Assembly (NCBI GenBank): GCA_025677605.1
Contig: GCA_025677605.1_4110.1
DNA: 64,000 nt
Strand: one strand, 5' to 3'
DNA from: a phage
The notes under the pieces were generated by a model. It had not been told where the DNA came from and did no database searches. It saw nothing but the letters and a program-made list of their open reading frames with translations. A program made the position numbers and the translations under genes. Shown piece by piece: positions 54,909-62,509 of this stretch. Position 1 is the first letter of the stretch. The number at the start of each line of letters is the position of its first letter.

Positions 54909-55246
54909 AATAAAATAATCTCAACTAAAGCAAGAACTGTATTGAATTCCACTATACTTGTAATTCCCTGAAGGTACATGTACTTTGCTATTACATATTT
55001 CTGTACTAAATTATCATTCTTCTTGAATTCATCAAACGCATCATTACAACGTGTCATGTATTCTGTACTCAAAAATATCTTATGCATCTCTAATGCACTC
55101 TGATAATATGCATACAACTCACGAATATCTATACTACGTAAATCACGTTGTTCGTACTTGTGATACGGAATAGCTTCAATTTCAATATTATAAAACCATT
55201 CTGTTAACTTATTAATATCAAATGTATTATTGTACTTCGAGGTCAT
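54878..55246 (-). CDS. hypothetical protein (122 aa; start trimmed)
   Basis: The ATG at 55246 (MTSKYNNTFD...) is preceded by AAGGAA. No family motif. Confidence 0.55.
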   Translation of the reverse strand: MTSKYNNTFDINKLTEWFYNIEIEAIPYHKYEQRDLRSIDIRELYAYYQSALEMHKIFLSTEYMTRCNDAFDEFKKNDNLVQKYVIAKYMYLQGITSIVEFNTVLALVEIILLCKNVKWNLV

Positions 55247-55535
55247 AATATTTCCTTTCCCATTCGGATACATGGGCATTAAAATTCATAACAGCTTTCT
55301 GTATCTTTTTTAATAATAACACATCATATCCACCTGTGTCAATCACTAATTGCTGTTGAAACAATTCTTCGTCGGATAATGTATTGAAATCTACAAAATA
55401 ATCTGTGACTTCGTTATCATTTAAATGTGCCATGTACCAACCTGAACTACATGAATAAATCAAATTCCAACCGTCTTCATCGCCTTCTAATTCAACATAA
55501 ATCATATCTTTTGTATAAAGCATTCTATACTTCAT
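55227..55535 (-). CDS. family B-like protein, short form
   Basis: SDEELFQQQLVID. 102 aa. Confidence 0.6.
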   Translation of the reverse strand: MKYRMLYTKDMIYVELEGDEDGWNLIYSCSSGWYMAHLNDNEVTDYFVDFNTLSDEELFQQQLVIDTGGYDVLLLKKIQKAVMNFNAHVSEWERKYYDLEVQ

Positions 55536-56040
55536 AACTATATCCTTGCATCAAAATATCATAAACTGCTTGAATGTCAGGAACTTTTATATAAAATTTA
55601 AAACCCTTAATTAAAGGATTCGCGTACAATGAACTGAATAACTTTAGATAATGCATTTGACGAGGACTATATAATAACGATTTCTGAAATAATTCAGCAC
55701 TACAATCTGTACTAATATCAATTAAATCAATTCGTTCTTCTACTTCATCATCTTGTTTCAAATCATAAAAGAAATAATCGTTTGTGTTTACCCACAAATA
55801 CCCTTCTTTATTTTCGTATACAACAGGAGATGTTTGTACCGGATTGGCTTGGGTAAATGCTGCAATACAAACGTTAACATTCCCTGCATTATTTGCATTG
55901 TGAAACATAAACGATAATTTACCATGCCTATCTTCTATGCGTAATTCATCTATATCAATGTACTTATGTATAGGATGATTATTTTTGAGCATAAGCATTA
56001 TTGTACTAATCTTGTGCGTTAATAATTCAATTTCATTCAT
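55525..56040 (-). CDS. family B (FQxS) protein
   Basis: CSAELFQKSLLYS. Confidence 0.65.
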   Translation of the reverse strand: MNEIELLTHKISTIMLMLKNNHPIHKYIDIDELRIEDRHGKLSFMFHNANNAGNVNVCIAAFTQANPVQTSPVVYENKEGYLWVNTNDYFFYDLKQDDEVEERIDLIDISTDCSAELFQKSLLYSPRQMHYLKLFSSLYANPLIKGFKFYIKVPDIQAVYDILMQGYSYEV

Positions 56041-56046
56041 ATATTA

Positions 56047-56430
56047 TTACCTATAGCATTTGAGCACTGTAACCAATCCCTCTGCATTCTTGAAATGCAT
56101 TAAAGACAATGAACTATCAACGTACTGCAATGATATAATTACATCCTGTTCTGTGTGTTTGAATAAAAATTCCTGTACCGAATTCGTACCATAATACATG
56201 TACTTCGTTGCTTCAATCTGCAAATAAGGCACTTCTGTATTGTGTAAAAAGATATTGATTATTTCATTATTCTGTAATCTGCAATCAAATTTGTATGTTT
56301 CATATAACGGTACATCCGATGATGCCTGTACTGCCTGTACTGCCTGTGCTGCATGAGCGGTGTTTATAAATGATAAAAACACAAATGTTAAAATGAATAT
56401 GATTTTATTGAACATGTTTTGTTTCCTCAA
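56047..56430 (-). CDS. secreted/periplasmic protein with Sec-type signal peptide
   Basis: MRKQNMFNKIIFILTFVFLSFINTAHA-AQAVQAVQAS: a basic n-region, a hydrophobic core and an AHA-A cleavage-type site, followed by a short AQAVQ repeat. Confidence 0.6.
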   Translation of the reverse strand: MRKQNMFNKIIFILTFVFLSFINTAHAAQAVQAVQASSDVPLYETYKFDCRLQNNEIINIFLHNTEVPYLQIEATKYMYYGTNSVQEFLFKHTEQDVIISLQYVDSSLSLMHFKNAEGLVTVLKCYR

Positions 56431-56624
56431 TAATGTTTGTACTTGTGTAAAATTCTATCCTGTACTGAAAGATGCTCAAATATAATTACACTCAAATAAT
56501 AATTGTAATCATTGATACCACCCCTCAAATGCATATTGTAATACAGCTTAATACTATCTAATAATGAATCCTGTAATGCATGTAATGCATTTAATGTCTT
56601 TGCATCTATCATCATCTTTCCCAT
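56427..56624 (-). CDS. hypothetical small protein (65 aa)
   Basis: ORF-track ORF. Confidence 0.5.
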   Translation of the reverse strand: MGKMMIDAKTLNALHALQDSLLDSIKLYYNMHLRGGINDYNYYLSVIIFEHLSVQDRILHKYKHY

Positions 56625-57013
56625 TTAATAGGGTATTCCGTTTCATTCACTACATACGACATAATCCATCCGTAATGGATAGGATGATATTTGTCTGAAT
56701 CAGGAATAAAATATAAAGCTGTACTGGGATTATAACTGAAGAAATCCCTCTCGTCAAATGTTAATCTGGCTAACTTAATTTTCCTTGGAATTGCATGAGG
56801 ACGAACTGCATTCTTTACACAGAATATACCATCTTTGTATTTTGGTTCGATAACACCCAATGCACTCTGGATTAACTCCTGAAAGACTAAATTGATTTGT
56901 GCAAATGAATCCTTGTTGTTATGCATTTCGTGCCATAAATCTCGTCTTGCATTTAACATCATTATTACTGGTCTAAGATCCTGTACTATTGTTAGATTCT
57001 GCATTGTATTCAT
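56612..57013 (-). CDS. hypothetical protein (133 aa)
   Basis: ORF-track ORF. Confidence 0.55.
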   Translation of the reverse strand: MNTMQNLTIVQDLRPVIMMLNARRDLWHEMHNNKDSFAQINLVFQELIQSALGVIEPKYKDGIFCVKNAVRPHAIPRKIKLARLTFDERDFFSYNPSTALYFIPDSDKYHPIHYGWIMSYVVNETEYPIKWER

Positions 57014-57230
57014 TTATCTCATTCTGTAACTTAACAACCAAAATTTGCGTATGAATTTTTCGCTCAAGGTGCTTGATAAATTTCTGTACCATTTCTTCTT
57101 GTACTGATGTACCAAGATAAAATAACATATTAAATTCTGATAATCGCAGAGCAAAATCTTCATCGCCCCCCTGTAAACAAAAATCCCTGTACTTCGATGC
57201 GTACAAATGATGGTTTACATTTTTGTACAT
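56973..57230 (-). CDS. family C (LGTNYQ-like) small protein
   Basis: FYLGTSVQEEMVQKFIKHL. Confidence 0.55.
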   Translation of the reverse strand: MYKNVNHHLYASKYRDFCLQGGDEDFALRLSEFNMLFYLGTSVQEEMVQKFIKHLERKIHTQILVVKLQNEINEYNAESNNSTGS

Positions 57231-57433
57231 TTAGACTCCTTTGGTGTGCATACTATCTCTGTTCGTAAAGCCCTTATGTATGCATCAACGAATTGTGGCT
57301 GTGCTCTCGTTCCTAGATAAAATAATAAATCGAACTCTGCCATTTTAACATTAAAAGGATCTGAATCTACATTTCGAATAAACTGTCTGTACTTCAATTC
57401 ATATCCGTTAGGCATCTTCTTGTATACTATCAT
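57215..57433 (-). CDS. family C (LGTNYQ-like) small protein
   Basis: FYLGTRAQPQFVDAYIRAL. Confidence 0.55.
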   Translation of the reverse strand: MIVYKKMPNGYELKYRQFIRNVDSDPFNVKMAEFDLLFYLGTRAQPQFVDAYIRALRTEIVCTPKESKCTKM

Positions 57434-57743
57434 ATTCTATACAATCACCTCTTTTAATCGAATCCCAAACTTCTTTCATCCTCTTCTGTAAACTGCACAT
57501 AATATCTATATCAAACATATAAGGGTCATGAATTAGACTGTACTGAAATAATTCATCTTCCTGCATAAGAGAAAGATCCTGAAGCAACTCGTACTTACCT
57601 AAACTCCTGGGACTCAAATAAGCAAAATATTCTTTACCGTCCTCAAAAACATAATGTACTTCATGATTCATGTACTTCTTGTAATTCTCATGCGTATAAG
57701 CAAATATACAACCGGAATTAATTCGGTGAATGTTGAATTTCAT
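57408..57743 (-). CDS. family B (FQxS) protein, short form
   Basis: QEDELFQYSLIHD. 111 aa. Confidence 0.65.
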   Translation of the reverse strand: MKFNIHRINSGCIFAYTHENYKKYMNHEVHYVFEDGKEYFAYLSPRSLGKYELLQDLSLMQEDELFQYSLIHDPYMFDIDIMCSLQKRMKEVWDSIKRGDCIEYDSIQEDA

Positions 57744-57752
57744 ATTAATCTC

Positions 57753-58079
57753 TTATACGTAAATTGGATGAATATTTTGAAGGAAATGCTTAGAAATATT
57801 CATACATGATATCATCTGCCTTTGTACTTCCTTCATCTCTTTGTATGTCAACCCAAAAGAATCATCGTATACTAACATGTACTGAAACTCTTCTTCTTCA
57901 GAGATATCAACTAGATTCGGTACTGCTATCGTATTTTCATATGATTTGATACCTTCTACCCAATAGAAACAATTATCAACTTTATTGTACTCAAATATCT
58001 TAACCCCAGGCCCACCCTGTACATTGGTCAACGCAATGAAACATGTATTCGCTCTTTTTATACAATTGATCTTACGCAT
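57753..58079 (-). CDS. family B-like protein, short form (start trimmed)
   Basis: SEEEEFQYMLVYD. The ATG at 58079 (MRKINCIKR...) has GGAG upstream and avoids overlap with 58087..58332. Confidence 0.6.
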   Translation of the reverse strand: MRKINCIKRANTCFIALTNVQGGPGVKIFEYNKVDNCFYWVEGIKSYENTIAVPNLVDISEEEEFQYMLVYDDSFGLTYKEMKEVQRQMISCMNISKHFLQNIHPIYV

Positions 58080-58086
58080 TATCGCA

Positions 58087-58332
58087 TTATCTCCATCTCT
58101 CTCCGTCATCGCAAGAGTACTGGTACGTTGTCGTTAGGGTAGGAATCATGTTCGTAATCGGCATATTATTCACAATAACCGTTACGGGCATCATAACCGT
58201 CTCTTTTCTACTCTGTCCTGTCTTTGTGCAATTCATCTTGTGCATTTCATCTGAATCCAGATACGCTAATACAAACGGTGCAATCCCAAGAACAATACAC
58301 AAGACGATAAGGAAATTTAAAAATTTTAACAT
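58087..58332 (-). CDS. small membrane-anchored protein (81 aa)
   Basis: N-terminal TM helix LNFLIVLCIVLGIAPFVLAYL. Confidence 0.55.
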   Translation of the reverse strand: MLKFLNFLIVLCIVLGIAPFVLAYLDSDEMHKMNCTKTGQSRKETVMMPVTVIVNNMPITNMIPTLTTTYQYSCDDGERWR

Positions 58333-58361
58333 AATCTGTACCCTATGATTAACGTTAGTGT

Positions 58362-58390
58362 ACTATAGCACTACAATAGAGTACTGTCAA
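58362..58390 (-). promoter_or_regulatory. sigma70-type promoter TTGACA-N17-TATAGT
   Basis: Read on the minus strand. The -35 lies in the last codons of 58371..58601 and the -10 in the 38-nt gap. Confidence 0.55.
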
Positions 58391-58601
58391 CTGCTTTGTT
58401 CTCTATTATACTCATTAAACCCCAAATTAGATAACGAACACTATCAGCTTGATAGTTAGTACCTACTGTGCATTTTAAAATTAACTCATCTTTCAGTACT
58501 GCACGTTCTTCTTGGGATATAGGAAGAGAATTTATTTGTTTTATTTGTGGTTGTAAAGTATTAATAAGCTTGCAGTACTCTTCGAATGATAATCTTTTCA
58601 T
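58371..58601 (-). CDS. family C (LGTNYQ) small protein
   Basis: CTVGTNYQADSVRYLIWGL. Confidence 0.6.
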   Translation of the reverse strand: MKRLSFEEYCKLINTLQPQIKQINSLPISQEERAVLKDELILKCTVGTNYQADSVRYLIWGLMSIIENKAVDSTLL

Positions 58602-58604
58602 GGT

Positions 58605-58946
58605 TCAGTACTCAATAATGTGTTCTTCATAAGCACTATTAGGCTCCTGTTTAGTTTCTTTTATTAGTACTATCATCTTATGTGCCAATGGCATAGGAAA
58701 CTCTAAATCCCATACTAATGATTCTTGAAAGTATTCTTCTTCAGATAAAGTACTTAAATCTTCAATGTCAATGTGTTCGTACATGTTATATTTGTAATCA
58801 GCAAAAGATATATAAAAACCTCTTGTAGAATCGTAAGTAATCGTGAATGGCTTACCTTTGTAGTCCATTACATCTTTACATAGACTGCATTTGATATATG
58901 TACTTGCAAATGATTTATAAACCTTAAGTTGAATATTAGTTTTCAT
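58605..58946 (-). CDS. family B (FQxS) protein, short form
   Basis: SEEEYFQESLVWD. 113 aa. It sits between family C genes. Confidence 0.65.
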   Translation of the reverse strand: MKTNIQLKVYKSFASTYIKCSLCKDVMDYKGKPFTITYDSTRGFYISFADYKYNMYEHIDIEDLSTLSEEEYFQESLVWDLEFPMPLAHKMIVLIKETKQEPNSAYEEHIIEY

Positions 58947-58948
58947 TT

Positions 58949-59170
58949 TTAAACACCTATTCCATTAGCAATAGCAGTACTTAACGCTAACAAATACTTC
59001 TGTACTGCTTGCTCTTGATGATCTGTACCTAAAAGTATATACACCCATAATTCACTGTAGTGTACATCTTCTGTATAAGGGTTGTTGTAACTTTTTGATA
59101 ATATAGCATCAAATTCAGATGCATGAACCCTTGTGAACTTAAGAATATCTTGTTGTGTTATGATTCTCAT
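58949..59170 (-). CDS. family C (LGTNYQ) small protein
   Basis: ILLGTDHQEQAVQKYLLAL. Confidence 0.6.
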   Translation of the reverse strand: MRIITQQDILKFTRVHASEFDAILSKSYNNPYTEDVHYSELWVYILLGTDHQEQAVQKYLLALSTAIANGIGV

Positions 59171-59382
59171 AGCTTTTCCTGTATAAGCTTCTTAAGTATT
59201 TCTATGTGTGAATTAACAGTTCTTTCTTGATGCTGTGTTCCTAAGAGTATCAGTACTATCATCTCTGAACGCAAAAGATTTTTTTCAAGTTCCCCTATAT
59301 CAGTTCTTGTATCAAGTACTAAAAATTTGTGATTATTCTTTCTGAATAGTTCTAAGTACTCTTGATTTGATATTGTCTTCAT
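59167..59382 (-). CDS. family C (LGTNYQ) small protein
   Basis: ILLGTQHQERTVNSHIEIL. Confidence 0.6.
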   Translation of the reverse strand: MKTISNQEYLELFRKNNHKFLVLDTRTDIGELEKNLLRSEMIVLILLGTQHQERTVNSHIEILKKLIQEKL

Positions 59383-59609
59383 AGTTTATCCCTGATGCCA
59401 TTTAAAAGTGCTCTAATATGCTCCTGTACGAATTTGTACTGACTGTCTGTTCCTAGAGTGAGTAACAATCTTAAATCTGAACTTTTGATATGATATTCTA
59501 AATCATTATTTGATTCTTGCCTCAGTTTCTGAAAGGATGAGAAGTTTGCTGCCATTAGTTCAATGTATTCTGCTGTTCCTAGGGGTTTGTGTATGTGCTG
59601 TCTGTGCAT
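59379..59609 (-). CDS. family C (LGTNYQ) small protein
   Basis: LTLGTDSQYKFVQEHIRAL. Confidence 0.6.
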   Translation of the reverse strand: MHRQHIHKPLGTAEYIELMAANFSSFQKLRQESNNDLEYHIKSSDLRLLLTLGTDSQYKFVQEHIRALLNGIRDKL

Positions 59610-59815
59610 TTTAATTGTATTACCCTTTTAAGTGTATTAATATAATCCACGATGATGTGTTCTTGATAGTTAGTTCCTATAGTAGCTAGAACATAGATTT
59701 CACTTATTAGAATATTTTTTTCATCCTGTGATAATTCTTCTGACCAGCTACGATGCAACTTTGGAATTAAACTACTTAATAGTTGGTTGTATTCAGTAGG
59801 TGAAATGATTTTCAT
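59579..59815 (-). CDS. family C (LGTNYQ) small protein
   Basis: ATIGTNYQEHIIVDYINTL. Confidence 0.6.
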   Translation of the reverse strand: MKIISPTEYNQLLSSLIPKLHRSWSEELSQDEKNILISEIYVLATIGTNYQEHIIVDYINTLKRVIQLKCTDSTYTNP

Positions 59816-60027
59816 TTACATCTTCTCAGTACTGATTCTTTAAGTTCATCGATGTAGTCCTCAACAAATTGTTCTTGTAGGTTTGTTCCGAGATGTAACA
59901 GTACTCTTAAATCTGCTCTAAGTACTTCTTTGTCATCTTCATCTATATCAGACAGTGATATGTTTAAGAATTTACTTGAATTCTCTATAAGTAATATTAC
60001 TTCATCACCTTCGCTTAAAATTTTCAT
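59812..60027 (-). CDS. family C (LGTNYQ) small protein
   Basis: LHLGTNLQEQFVEDYIDEL. Confidence 0.6.
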   Translation of the reverse strand: MKILSEGDEVILLIENSSKFLNISLSDIDEDDKEVLRADLRVLLHLGTNLQEQFVEDYIDELKESVLRRCK

Positions 60028-60239
60028 AATCTTTGTGTTTTCCTCGACAGTAGGTACAGGTAACGTTCAGTGCATTGTTCTTGATAGTTTGTTCCTAATA
60101 AATGAACTAATTGTTGTTCAGCTATAGAAAGCTGTTTATCTTCATAACAAGCGTATCGTTGTTTCCTATGGTATTCTTTATTGATAACATCAAGGATGAT
60201 AACACCGTATTCGTCATCTGTCAAGTGTTTCATGTGCAT
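60024..60239 (-). CDS. family C (LGTNYQ) small protein
   Basis: HLLGTNYQEQCTERYLYLL. Confidence 0.6.
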   Translation of the reverse strand: MHMKHLTDDEYGVIILDVINKEYHRKQRYACYEDKQLSIAEQQLVHLLGTNYQEQCTERYLYLLSRKTQRL

Positions 60240-60471
60240 TTCTTTTTCTTATATGTTTAGTTAAAAGGTATATTAGTTTTCTTACGTACTCGTCTTGATA
60301 GTTAGTCCCTAATAGTGCAAGAAGTTTTGCTTCAACTAAAGCTAATTGTCGTTCTTCAAATGTGTGTTCCAGAATGTACTTGGGGTTTGATTTTTTAGAA
60401 ATTGCACTATTAGTCTTCATTATAATCTTATGATATTCATTGACTGTTAAGATTTTTATATATTTGGTCAT
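60214..60471 (-). CDS. family C (LGTNYQ) small protein
   Basis: ALLGTNYQDEYVRKLIYLL. Confidence 0.6.
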   Translation of the reverse strand: MTKYIKILTVNEYHKIIMKTNSAISKKSNPKYILEHTFEERQLALVEAKLLALLGTNYQDEYVRKLIYLLTKHIRKRNAHETLDR

Positions 60472-60691
60472 GTATCTTTTCCTGAATAGTCATTTTAAGA
60501 TATCTAAGAATCGATCGAACATAATACTCCTGTCTATCGGTTCCAAGAAAGTACAGGAGTTGTTGATATAATACTTCTGCACTCCTTGCAGCAGGGGTTT
60601 GATTTGGGTCTTTTGGAAGTTGATTTGTATGTTTTCTGGATTTAATTATTCTTTCTTTTATTTCATCGTCTGTTAAGTATATCATTTGCAT
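60437..60691 (-). CDS. family C (LGTNYQ) small protein (start trimmed)
   Basis: YFLGTDRQEYYVRSILRYL. The ATG at 60691 gives MQMIYLTDDE, matching the sibling N-termini MQMINLS.DEY, and sits in the recurring ATGCAAATGA junction. Confidence 0.6.
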   Translation of the reverse strand: MQMIYLTDDEIKERIIKSRKHTNQLPKDPNQTPAARSAEVLYQQLLYFLGTDRQEYYVRSILRYLKMTIQEKIHDQIYKNLNSQ

Positions 60692-60918
60692 TTTATGTTC
60701 CTCACATGAATTGTTTGGATTAAACATTCAATCCAAGATGTAACATATCTTGTTTGATATTGTGTGCCTAAGAGACTCTGCATTTTAAACTCTGCTTCAA
60801 GTTCATATCTCTTTTCTATCGTAAAGCTTAAATGACCATATTCTGCATCGTATCTTCTCAGTGATTCCCCAATTCTATCAAATCTTTCTGCTAAGTTGAT
60901 GTTATTCACAGTATTCAT
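60682..60918 (-). CDS. family C (LGTNYQ) small protein
   Basis: SLLGTQYQTRYVTSWIECL. Confidence 0.6.
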   Translation of the reverse strand: MNTVNNINLAERFDRIGESLRRYDAEYGHLSFTIEKRYELEAEFKMQSLLGTQYQTRYVTSWIECLIQTIHVRNIKCK

Positions 60919-61178
60919 CGATCAGTACACCTCAGTGGTTGGGTCATTTGATAAAAGTACAGCTTACCTCTGATTTCCATTAACAACTCGGCTATGACGC
61001 GATTTACTTCTGTCTCTTGATAGTTTGTTCCTAAGAAGACACCCATCTTTAACTCACGATGCATAATCATCTTCTTACTGTGTTGAATTTCTTGGCTGTA
61101 ATAGATTGCATTACGTTTAGGTGAGATTTTTGCTAGTCGCTCGTTATATTCATCTTGACTTAAATTAATCATTTGCAT
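60915..61178 (-). CDS. family C (LGTNYQ) small protein
   Basis: VFLGTNYQETEVNRVIAEL. Confidence 0.6.
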   Translation of the reverse strand: MQMINLSQDEYNERLAKISPKRNAIYYSQEIQHSKKMIMHRELKMGVFLGTNYQETEVNRVIAELLMEIRGKLYFYQMTQPLRCTDR

Positions 61179-61393
61179 TTACTTTGGACCTCATTTTGAA
61201 GTGCATTAATGACCTTCAGTACAGCACTCGCTTGATAGTTTGTTCCTAAGACTGAAAGCATCTTGATCTCATTTACTACAATCCACTTATTTGATTGTTC
61301 AATAATGTGACTTTCATAAATGGCCTTGCGTAATGAATAAGTTTTTGCAAGACGTACATAATATTCATCTTTACTTAAATTAATCATTTGCAT
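61169..61393 (-). CDS. family C (LGTNYQ) small protein
   Basis: SVLGTNYQASAVLKVINAL. Confidence 0.6.
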   Translation of the reverse strand: MQMINLSKDEYYVRLAKTYSLRKAIYESHIIEQSNKWIVVNEIKMLSVLGTNYQASAVLKVINALQNEVQSKCK

Positions 61394-61602
61394 TTACTTT
61401 TAACCTCTTTCTGGAGTGCATCAATCCATAGGTCTATATACGTTTGTTGATAGTTTGTGCCTAAGAGTGCCTCTACATAGAGTTCAGCTACCTTTGCGTG
61501 CTTTAGGTCAACAGGGATGCTCTTATCGCTTGATAACATTCTCCTTCTGCTGGTGCATGTTTTCAGAAGCCTGATGTATTCAACACCTTGTAATTTTCTC
61601 AT
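61384..61602 (-). CDS. family C (LGTNYQ) small protein
   Basis: ALLGTNYQQTYIDLWIDAL. Confidence 0.6.
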   Translation of the reverse strand: MRKLQGVEYIRLLKTCTSRRRMLSSDKSIPVDLKHAKVAELYVEALLGTNYQQTYIDLWIDALQKEVKSKCK

Positions 61603-61814
61603 TCTCTGGATATCACCTTGTTACGTAGACTTGCTAACCATGCGTCAGTATAGATGTTTTGATAGTTTGTCCCAATGAAGATAGATAGCTTCATTTCAGT
61701 TATTATAACACATTTGTCCACTTGTGCAATAGATTTGTTTAAAGAAATACTAGAAACTTTTGCTTGTATAGTTCGCAACAGCCTGTAATATTCATACCCA
61801 CTAAGGATTTTCAT
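61599..61814 (-). CDS. family C (LGTNYQ) small protein
   Basis: IFIGTNYQNIYTDAWLASL. Confidence 0.6.
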   Translation of the reverse strand: MKILSGYEYYRLLRTIQAKVSSISLNKSIAQVDKCVIITEMKLSIFIGTNYQNIYTDAWLASLRNKVISRE

Positions 61815-62061
61815 TCTCTCGTCTCCAGACTTCCGTTCTTATATGTTGTTGATATGCTTCCAGATAGTTCTCTATTGCCTTAGAGATTGTTTGTGTATCG
61901 TCGCCCGTCATCAGTACAAGCATCTCTGCTTCACAGTGTATAAGTCTGCTAATATCATTAGTGAGTTTATCAGATACCGTATCATAGTGTTTGTGGATTA
62001 GTTTCTGAAATAGTTTAACGTACATAATGTGATTTATTCTGGATCGCATTGTCTTTTCCAT
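61801..62061 (-). CDS. family C-like small protein (divergent core)
   Basis: VLMTGDDTQTISKAIENYL at the equivalent position. Confidence 0.5.
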   Translation of the reverse strand: MEKTMRSRINHIMYVKLFQKLIHKHYDTVSDKLTNDISRLIHCEAEMLVLMTGDDTQTISKAIENYLEAYQQHIRTEVWRRENENP

Positions 62062-62285
62062 TCTCTTTTGGCCTGTCGGGTTTTATACGCTACAAGGTTT
62101 CTTAGTGCATTGATATAACGATCAGTGAAGATATCTTGTTTATTAGTTCCAACGAATTTAAGAAGAAACACGTCACCATTAACTACATCATTCTCAGGGG
62201 AAGGATAAAGTTCATTGTTCTTGCGAAGGGTGTTTAGTAAAGAGAATAGGGCAGATTGATACTCAGTGCTTGATAATACTTTCAT
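62034..62285 (-). CDS. family C (LGTNYQ) small protein
   Basis: KFVGTNKQDIFTDRYINAL. Confidence 0.6.
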   Translation of the reverse strand: MKVLSSTEYQSALFSLLNTLRKNNELYPSPENDVVNGDVFLLKFVGTNKQDIFTDRYINALRNLVAYKTRQAKREWKRQCDPE

Positions 62286-62509
62286 TAGTTCATTCCCTTT
62301 CTTTCTATATGTTTCATAAGAACATTAAGATACTCACCCACAAACCTATTCTGATACTGCGTCCCCATGAATTCAAACAGCCATACTTCAGCAACCATTT
62401 CTTCAATTTCATTCCAAGATAAGTACATCATAGTGAAGTAAATGTGGTTCTCTTTTTGAGATGCACTCCTTGAGCGAGCCTCGTATTCAAAGTTATTAAT
62501 GCAGTTCAT
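62285..62509 (-). CDS. family C (LGTNYQ) small protein
   Basis: EFMGTQYQNRFVGEYLNVL. Confidence 0.6.
   Translation of the reverse strand: MNCINNFEYEARSRSASQKENHIYFTMMYLSWNEIEEMVAEVWLFEFMGTQYQNRFVGEYLNVLMKHIERKGMN

Noticed and set aside
29738-58946. Family B as T4-type internal head proteins processed by the prohead protease.
   Set aside because: T4 IPs share an N-terminal capsid-targeting sequence and are cut after Glu in (L/I)xE motifs. Here the conserved element is C-terminal-proximal and centred on FQ. Nothing in the window links the family to head morphogenesis.
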